Positions 59,419 to 64,000 of a stretch of 64,000 bases of DNA are shown in pieces. Position numbers and translations under genes: made by a program. The DNA lies in NCBI RefSeq assembly GCF_009914755.1, contig NC_060934.1; one strand, given 5' to 3'. The DNA is from the human T2T-CHM13v2.0 reference genome, Homo sapiens. How positions within the stretch are numbered: position 1 is the first letter of the stretch; the number at the start of each line of letters is the position of its first letter. The notes under the pieces are model-generated. The model saw only the letters and a list, made by a program, of their open reading frames with translations, did no database searches and was not told where the DNA came from.

Positions 59419-59742
59419 GGCTGGGCGTAAGGCTCATGCCTGTAATCCCAACACTTTGAGAGGCTAAGGCAGGAGGATTGCTTGAAGGCAGGAGGATTGC
59501 TTGACGGCAGGAGTTGAAGACAAGCCTCGGCAACACAGTGACAACCTATCTCTACAAAAAGATAAAAAATTCGCCGAGTGTGGTGGCGCATGCCTCTAGT
59601 CCCAGCTACTCAGGAGGCTGAGGCAAGAGGATCACTTCAGCCCAGGAATTTGAGGCTTCAGTGAGCTAGGACCGCACCACTGCACTCCAGCCTGCGCAAC
59701 TGAGGGAAACTCCATCTCAAAAACAAAAACAAACCAGAAAAA
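59419..59742 (+). mobile_element. AluJ with internal 19-bp tandem duplication
   Basis: aaggcaggaggattgcttg x2 at 59466-59503. Confidence 0.92.
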
Positions 59743-61198
59743 CCCCAATGTCATTCAAAATCATTCTTACAGCAATCCAGTTTCTTTTCCAGTCCCTTTC
59801 CATCAGACAATGGTGGCTCACTTGTATCACCCAAACACACCATGGGCTGTCGCGCTTCTTCACCTACCCAATACCCTCTTCTCCCCTCTGCTTCCCAAAA
59901 CGTAACTTATTTGCTGTCACCTCTTCAGAGACGCCTCCTGGATGTCTCCACTAAAAGTTGCTCCTTCTTATTTTAGTTTCTCCCAGAATCTATTGGTTTG
60001 TTTCACAGTACTTACTATATTTTGCAATTATCTTGTTCACGTTTATTCCCTTTGGTCTGCTTTTCCAACTGCACTGTAAGCCTCATGGGCACAGGGGCCG
60101 CACAGACTTGCTCAGTGTGATGCGTGGTGATGACGCCTTCTCTAAGCTCTGTCTGCATCAATGGCTGCTATGTCTGCGCTCCTATCACCTGGCCACATCC
60201 CACCGTTTCCTTACCAGCTTCTCTCATTCAGTAAGGAAAAAGAAAACAAAAATGTTTGCCTTAAATGAATATCTAACAATTCAAGATTGGGGACAATGCT
60301 TTCTGCATATATACACCAGAGGAGACTAGCCCACATGCTTTATGTATATAATCTCAGCCCTCAAAGGAACCTGCAAATTGAGGTGCTTTGCAGCCAAGGA
60401 AAATGTGGTGCAAGGATTAACTCATCTCCCAAAGGTCACAGGGTCAATACACAGTAAGGCTGGGATTCAAACCAGGGTCTGTTCCTTCCTATGTGGCACA
60501 ATCACATGTCTGAAGGGACATTTGCTTTCCTTCCCGCAACTCTTTCCAATCTTTCCTTTTTCCCCGTCTCTTCCCTTTAAAGAAACATGACAGTGGCAAT
60601 GGCAAATAAATCTTGATGTTCTTTGGAGTCAAGGCAACTGGCTGATTATCCCTAAACCAGTACCTAACCATAGTTATGACAGAAAACATAGAGTTTATTA
60701 CATAAAATATTCTGGATAGCAATGAACATCTATATCTCAGAAATAATTCTACAAATATACATATTGAACAGAAATAAATTATCAAATAGAAATTAAATGT
60801 CCAACAGAAATGCACATAGTCACTACATCATGACAGATAGTGGCAGAATTACTTAGATAATCTCTGAATATTTTACAGCAAAAAACAACATGTATAATAT
60901 TAACAATAATATTTAGGGAAGAACTCTAATTTTACAGTTAAACTCAGGGTAAACAGAAAATCCTCTTAAATTCTTGTTCAACATTTTCTCATGCGCTAGA
61001 GTTTCTCATATAAATAAGTATCCTACACAGAATACATAAATAAGTATACTACTCTTAAGGAATGCAACACCCTCTTTCACACATGTGGATGTCTTGTGTG
61101 TATGTGCATATGTGCACAGACAAACCCCCATCCAGCTATCACATGGTTCTTAGCAGTTATTTCATATGCCACTGGATTCATCTGTTAGGGCTGCCATG

Positions 61199-61438
61199 AC
61201 AGCCTGGGCACCATGGCGAAACCCCACGTCTACAAAAAATACAGTCATTAGCTGGGCATGGTGGTGCACTCCTGTGGGCCCAACTGCTTGGGAGGCTGAG
61301 GTGGGAGGATCACCTGAGCCCTGAGAGTTTGAGGCTGCAGTGAGCTGAGACTGCACCACTGCACTCCAGCCTGGACAACTGAACAAGACCCTATCTCACA
61401 TAAATAAATAAATAAACAAACAAATAAATAAATAAATA
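61199..61438 (+). mobile_element. 5'-truncated AluJ with (TAAA)n tail
   Basis: Starts at agcctgggcaccatggcgaaacccc; right arm complete. Confidence 0.88.
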
Positions 61439-62184
61439 GAGTATCTGGTTCTGGTTCATCAAAGTACATTTTCATTCACAAACATTCCATTAGTACAGTT
61501 TGTGTCATGAAGATAAATAACTTGTCCGTCAGGTGCTCTTGGTCTAGTGGTTCATATGGATACTGAAGAAAGAGCTCATGAGAACACCACAGGCTCTTGA
61601 CCCAGTGTAGAGAGAACAGTGAAGAGGCTCGGAATGACTTTCTGGAGGAGATGCTTAACCAGATCATAGTGAATACAGCAGAGTCTCCAATATCTCTGGA
61701 GGCGGAAAGCAAAAACCACAATGCAAACAGGGAAGCAGGGGAGATGAGTCCAGAGAGGCAGGCAGGGGCTGCACCATGAGCTGCCTTTCTGGCTGGGCTA
61801 AGGAGCTCCAGCTTTACCTGGACACACCAAGAAATAATACAAGGGTGACAGCATGAAAGCCACAAGGTCCAACTGCTTCCAATAGAACACTTGAGCCATT
61901 CTGTACAGAGCAACAGTCATTGCCAAACACAGGCTTCCTGGCATGTGGCTGGGAGGCCTAAGCCACTTCCCCAGCGATTTGTTACTCATGATGGTTGAGT
62001 GACTTATAAAATGTTCTTCACAAATTAGACTAGATCCAAGATCAACCCTTTAATGGTATCACGCTCATTCTCTTGCATTGCAATAGGCTTTTCTGAGTGG
62101 GACAGACGTGGGTGGCAAATCACTTGATAACTGCAATGGAAAATCGACGCCCTGGTATTCCTTCTCCATTTCCATACATTGCCA

Positions 62185-62390
62185 TTAGAATCCCAGATGT
62201 ACTAGCAATATGAACTTGGACAAGTTCATATTTACCCTCTCTGCATCTCAGTTGCCTCATCTAAAAATAAGGATTATAAGTGCTTACCTTACTGAGGGAT
62301 TAAAACATCAATGTAAAGCTGTTAGAACAAAGCCGGCTACATAGCAAGTACAAGAGAAATTTGTATTATTAATTACTACCGTGACTATTG
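62185..62390 (+). mobile_element. MIR
   Basis: gaatcccag...tgaacttggacaagttc...ctctctgcatctcagttgcctcatctaaaaataaggattataa. Confidence 0.75.
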
Positions 62391-62410
62391 CTACTGCCAC
62401 TGTACTATCA

Positions 62411-62736
62411 TAGTAGTTCTCTCTTATCCGTGGTTTCACTTTCCTGGTTTTAGTCACTCATGGTCCAAAAATAGTTGAGTCCAGTATGAAGAGATATTTT
62501 GAGAGAGAGATACTACATTCACATAGCTTTTATTACAGTATATTGTTATAACTGATCTATTTGATTATTATTGTTAATCTCTTACTGTGCCTGATTTATA
62601 AATTAAACTTTATCAAAGGTATGCATGTATCAGAAAAACAGAGTACTGTTTTTCTAGGGTTCAGTACTATCTGCAGGTTCAGGCATCCACTGGGGGTCTT
62701 GGAACATATCCCACACTAATGAGGTGGGAATATTGT
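62411..62736. mobile_element. MER44A-like (Tigger7-derived) MITE
   Basis: tagtagttctctcttatccgtggtttc...ttttgagagagaga...cttttattacagtatattgttataa...aggcatccactgggggtcttggaacatatccc. Confidence 0.85.
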
Positions 62737-62789
62737 TTAAGAAAACAGATGAAAAGTAAGAACCTCTGATCCAGGAAAAGGATTTGATG

Positions 62790-63030
62790 AAGCATGGGAG
62801 CTGACACCCAGGCTTCTAGCTGGTGGATGTATGAATGGTGGTGTCATCGACCTAAGCACAGAATTCAAGAGGAGTGGAGGAGCCCAACCTCAGGCCTGTT
62901 ACAATGTGAGGTGCCTCTGGAACATGAAAGTGAAAATATCCACCAAGCAATAAGATTTATCATCTGGGGTATCAGGTGAGAGGTCTAGCTAGGTTGGGGA
63001 TATGGAGTTAGAACTCATGAGTGAAGAAAT
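62790..63030 (-). mobile_element. L2 fragment
   Basis: tgacacccaggcttctagc...tgtgaggtgcctctggaacat...aagtgaaaatatc...caggtgagaggtctagct. Confidence 0.55.
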
Positions 63031-63165
63031 CCAAAATTAAAGTTAAGGATATTATGGGTCTACATAGCATTTACAGAAGGGCCAAATAGACAATATTCCA
63101 GACAACAGAGGTTAGAGAAAAGCAAGCTATCTGTCTTAAGAGCACACTTTTTATATAACTCAAAC

Positions 63166-63552
63166 TACATATGTGTATATCTGTATATATGTGTATGTGT
63201 GTGTCTATATACATATATACACATATATACATGTATACAGCCACATATATGTATATATACACACATATACATATATGTATATATACACACATATACATAT
63301 ATGTATATATACACACATATACATATATGTATATATACACACATATACATATATGTATATATACACACATATACATATATGTATATATACACACATATAC
63401 ATATATGTATATATACACACATATACATATGTATATATACACACATATACATATATGCATATAGACACAAACATACACACATATATGTATATGTATATAG
63501 ACATACACACATATATATCATGTGATATATATATATACACACATATATCATA
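63166..63552. repeat. AT/CA-rich minisatellite, 26-bp unit ATATACATATATGTATATATACACAC
   Basis: Six perfect units at 63265-63420, a 24-bp variant at 63421-63444, and degenerate flanks. Confidence 0.95.
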
Positions 63553-64000
63553 CGATTTGCTGTATTAGTTGGCACATAATTTGAGCTGGGAGAGCAAAGT
63601 CCATCGCAATGTGACTTCATTATTCTTATGAGTGTTTTCAACTGTGGGTACCATTTTGGTGAACTGGAAAGCAAAGATACAGTCAGACATAAAGGTTACA
63701 TTTCTCTTTAATTATATAAGATCCAACGTTTTTTCAACCTTCAGATAAAAAATTTTCTCAAAAATGTTGCTGTCACTTTAAATCTTAAACCTGTGTCTAT
63801 TTTTAAAGAGATACTGTTCCTTCTGTAAAGTTATGGCTCTGATCTGAAGGGGCTGCCATGTTGGCACCAAATTATACACATTATACACACTAGAACAAAA
63901 AGCACCTCCCTACAGTTCAGTCAAGCATTTGAGCAAGAGCTCCAATGGCAGATTCCAGATGCTTTTTGATGATGAATGAGATTAAGCTCATACTCAAAGG

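Noticed and set aside
63071-63674. Six overlapping 97-169 aa ORFs rich in Y/I/H/C/V/M/T
   Set aside because: Translations of the stop-free AT/CA minisatellite, not genes. The units lack unique spacers, so it is not CRISPR-like either.

Overview
This window is primate genomic DNA, most likely human or another ape: it has AluY/S/J SINEs, an L1PA3-like young LINE, and THE1/MST, MER41 and MER4 LTRs. It reads as intronic or intergenic sequence, with roughly half or more in interspersed repeats. I can support no intact protein-coding gene, RNA gene or CRISPR array. The only ORFs resembling known proteins are decayed LINE-1 ORF1p/ORF2p fragments (about 47.5-56.4 kb); the rest are Alu, LTR or low-complexity artefacts or unassignable short ORFs. 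I found no convincing novel multi-gene system. The best leads are structural: (1) a chimeric Alu with mismatched target-site duplications (TSDs) that appears to have captured 146 bp of foreign DNA (6.9-7.5 kb); (2) an 11-kb nested transposon stack around a near full-length ancient L1 (45-56 kb); (3) a near-perfect hairpin formed by inverted duplication of a Tigger4/MER46 end (17.2 kb); (4) an MST LTR enclosed by an unexpected 15-bp direct repeat; (5) several templated-insertion repair scars; (6) a repeat-free, CpG-retaining candidate enhancer (39.5-40.7 kb); and (7) a few weak candidate exons. Repeat subfamily names come from recalled consensus sequences and need confirming with RepeatMasker/Dfam. 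Boundaries are approximate unless a TSD is quoted.
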